Positions 61,154-64,000 of a stretch of 64,000 bases of DNA are shown in pieces (positions within the stretch are counted from its first letter, which is position 1; each line of letters opens with the position of its first letter). This DNA is from Felis catus (taxonomy: Eukaryota). The stretch spans positions 9,052,001 through 9,116,000 of the forward strand of contig NC_058368.1 in NCBI RefSeq assembly GCF_018350175.1, written 5' to 3'. The notes under the pieces are model-generated. The model searched no databases, had not been told where the DNA came from, and saw nothing but the letters and a program-made list of their open reading frames with translations. Both the position numbers and the translations under genes were made by a program.

Positions 61154-61660
61154 GGGGCGCCCGGGGGGCTGAGTCGGTTAAGCGTCCGGTCATGATCTTG
61201 CGGTTTGTGGGTTCGAGCCCCGCGTCGGGCTCTGTGGGGACGGCTCGGAGCCTGGAACCTGCTTCGGATTCTGTGTCTCCCCCCCTCTCTCTCTGCCCCT
61301 CCCCCAACGTGTGCTCTGTATCAAAAATAAATAAACGTAAAAAAAAAATTAAAAAAAAAAAGGAGTCGCTGATGAGTGCTTGGGCAGAGTCAGGAAGACA
61401 GTGCTTTTGAAAAGACTTCTGTAAAAACATTATTCAGGGGCACCCGGTGGCTCAATCCATTACGTGTCCAACTTCGGCTCAGGTCACTATCTCACGATTT
61501 GTGAGTTTGGGCCTCCAGTCGGGCTCTGTGCTGCCTGCTTCAGATCCTCTGTCCCCCCCACTCTCTCTGTCCTTCCCCTGCTTGCTCTCTCTCTCTCTCT
61601 CTCTCAAAAATATTTTTTTTTAAATATAGTTTAAAAAATAAAATTAAAATTAAAAAAAAC
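61154..61660 (+). mobile_element. Two CanSINEs (61154-61361 and 61436-61660)
   Basis: Heads, CT tracts and A tails. Confidence 0.85.
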
Positions 61661-62479
61661 CCCATTATTCAGACCAGATATTTCTCTGAGAAGTCCTGGG
61701 CAAAGAGGACTGTTCAGGAGCTGGTTGCTGTAATCTTCTAAAGTCAGAGATGCCGACAGCACAGAGTGGGGGCGGCGGGGGTAGAGAGGAACAGAACAAT
61801 AGCTAACAGCAAGCTGCGAATATCTGATGACTGAGGAGACGGATCATGAAATGAATCATAAACTATGTGCAGAGGCTGTATCACCTGTCCTTGAACTCTC
61901 GGTGTCCCCCCCCCCCCCCCCGCCAATACATGGCTTGTAGGTGATTAATAAAGAACGAGTGAACGAGAAGGGAAGTCAAGCATGGCAAGTGGTTGTCAAA
62001 AGGCAGGTAGGTGATCAAATAACCACTTAAAACAATGAGTCCGTTGGTGGCGCTGTTATTCCCTCCGTGTAGCCAGTAGCCTGAGAAGTGAATAGAAAGA
62101 GCACTTTACAAAGAGTCAAGGGAAGGACTGAGGAGGTTGGGGGGTCGAGAAAGGGGAGACAGTAACAAATGGTGCTGATTCTGCAGCAGAAGGGAGGGTC
62201 CCGGGAGACCAGCCTGCACCTTGAGGGTGGCCCCATGTGGGAGTGAAAGGCACCCCGGCCAGGCGTAGGGAACCCTGGCTCAGCCACAGGACAGAGAGGG
62301 CAGGCTGGAGCTTCTCCACAGGGACTGTGCAGCAGTGCATCTGAACCTTCTTCCTTTCCTTCCATTCCCCTCTGCCCCTGCCCCCTTCCGCACACCCCGG
62401 AGCATCATAATTAGAGCGCTAAGGTATACACTTAAAAACCAAAGGACTAGCTGTTGCTGCAAACCGAAATGCTGACACA

Positions 62480-62900
62480 GAAGGAAGACTTGAAGTAATC
62501 TCAGCGAATGCAGACGGGAAAGACACGGATGTTAAAGCAAACAGGGAAGATACTAGATACGGTGCAAACATGAAGATAATCCAACATAAGGATAATTGGC
62601 GTCCCTGCAGCAGAGGACTGACAAGTAGAACAGAAGATGTGCTCAAAGAGATATACAAAAAAACTTCCCAAGGGGAACTGAATCTGGAGATTAAAAGGAC
62701 ACCCCACGATCCTGCAGATTTTCAGCCTCAAGGCCCTGTTCCGCGGCTCACCCTGGAGAAGCTTTTGAACTCTTGGCGTCCGCGGAGAAGTTTCCAGGCA
62801 CCCGGTGAAACACCATCAGCTCTAAAAGAAACAAGTGAGACTGACCACAGCAACCAAAGCCTTCGACAGTGGATTGGAAGATGGAATCCACTTAAATATA
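62480..62900 (+). mobile_element. Ancient L1 ORF1-like/HAL1 remnant
   Basis: Degenerate NIRIIGVP...VLKEI...NFP motif spread over frames. Confidence 0.45.
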
Positions 62901-63479
62901 GGGTCAAAACTAAATAATCATGGGAGCACGTAATTACGGAGCACAGTGTATGTGTTAGGAATCTGAAAAATACTAGAATTATCACACAACCGATAAAAAA
63001 TTCAGAGGAGTTCAGTTGGAAGAAGCATAAACGTTTTTCATCCATTGGAGAAAGGAATTGATCGGTGTTATCTGACATTGATACAGAAAGTTACAGAAAT
63101 AAATAATAACCCAGCCTCTTTTTTCTTTTTTTTCCCCCCTTCATAATTGCTTTCTTTGATCCTACAGGGATCTTTGGGAAACAGCCCTCTCGCGCTGAGA
63201 AACTTTTACGTGACCTTTGACCTCAGTAACTCTTTCACCTCCCCTGAGTCTCTCTTGTCCAGTGCAACTGAAATGCAGCGCCTACAGAATTCAAGACCGC
63301 TTCTATTGTACGACCCTGAGTTTCTAAAAGTGACTTTGCTCATTAACTGTCTCTACCCACAGTGTGAATAGAAAAGACTCAGATCGTGGTCTTATTTAGG
63401 AGTGAGGGGCTTGCGGTCATCTCTCCATCTTTAGGACTGTTTGAATTCTTCATGATAAAGCAGTTTTTGTTTTGCTTTT

Positions 63480-63785
63480 AAACTCTCTAAATTTGAGCGT
63501 AGCTGACGCGTAACGTTCGCGGCAGGTGTAAACATAGCGATCCTATAACTCTGTGCGTTCTGCTGGGCTGACCGCAAATGTAGCTACCATCTGTCACCAC
63601 ACAAGGCTGCTATAATGCCACTGACTGCCTGCCCTACACTGTGCCTTTGTCCCCGAGACTTAGTCACTCCATCCCTGAAGGCCTGTGTCTCCCGCTCCCC
63701 TTCACCCATCTTGCCCATCCCACACCCACGACCCTCTGGCAACCATCAGTTTGTCCTCTCTATTTATAAGGCTGACTCTGATAAC
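63480..63785 (-). mobile_element. Carnivore L1 3' UTR fragment
   Basis: GTAGCTACCATCTGTCACCA...CCTCTGGCAACCATCAGTTTGT. Confidence 0.65.
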
Positions 63786-63789
63786 ATGC

Positions 63790-63994
63790 ATTTTTTAAAT
63801 GTATTCATTTATTTTTGATAGACAGCGCAAGTAGGGGAGAGGCAGAGAGAGGGGGAGAGAGAGGATCCCAAGCGAGCTCTGCACCGCCAGCACAAAGGCC
63901 CATGCGGGCCTCGAACTCACAAACTCTGAGATCTTGACCTGAGCCGATTATCAAGAGTTGGACGCTTCACTGACGGAGCCACCCGGGTGCCCCC
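63790..63994 (-). mobile_element. CanSINE
   Basis: Ends CCACCCGGGTGCCCC. Confidence 0.85.
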
Positions 63995-64000
63995 TGATCA

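Overview
Felid (most likely domestic cat) genomic DNA, identified by dense CanSINE/SINEC_Fc tRNA-derived SINEs, carnivore L1 3' ends and old MIR/L2/MLT1/MER elements. I found no supportable host protein-coding exon. The centrepiece is a complete 8,865-bp gammaretroviral provirus on the minus strand (25022-33886) that I recognise as ERV-DC/FcEV, the family that gave RD-114 its gag-pol and FeLV-D its env. Its two 550-bp LTRs look identical by eye, and it has a GTAT target-site duplication inside an L1 3' UTR, a tRNA-Gly PBS, a PPT and GACG packaging hairpins. gag and pro-pol are open and joined by a UAG read-through pseudoknot. The only visible frame disruption is one extra base in a C9 run at the end of the env proline-rich region. 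It yields a 303-aa signal peptide + receptor-binding-domain protein with no membrane anchor (Refrex-1/FeLIX-like architecture), while the rest of SU/TM stays open in the shifted frame. This could be a real truncated-Env allele one base away from a fully open provirus, or a homopolymer assembly error. Elsewhere there is an older solo LTR with TSD, a SINE dimer under one TSD, a SINE nested in a SINE, a CpG-rich island and a homeodomain-motif-rich unique segment. Family assignments come from recognition, not database searches.
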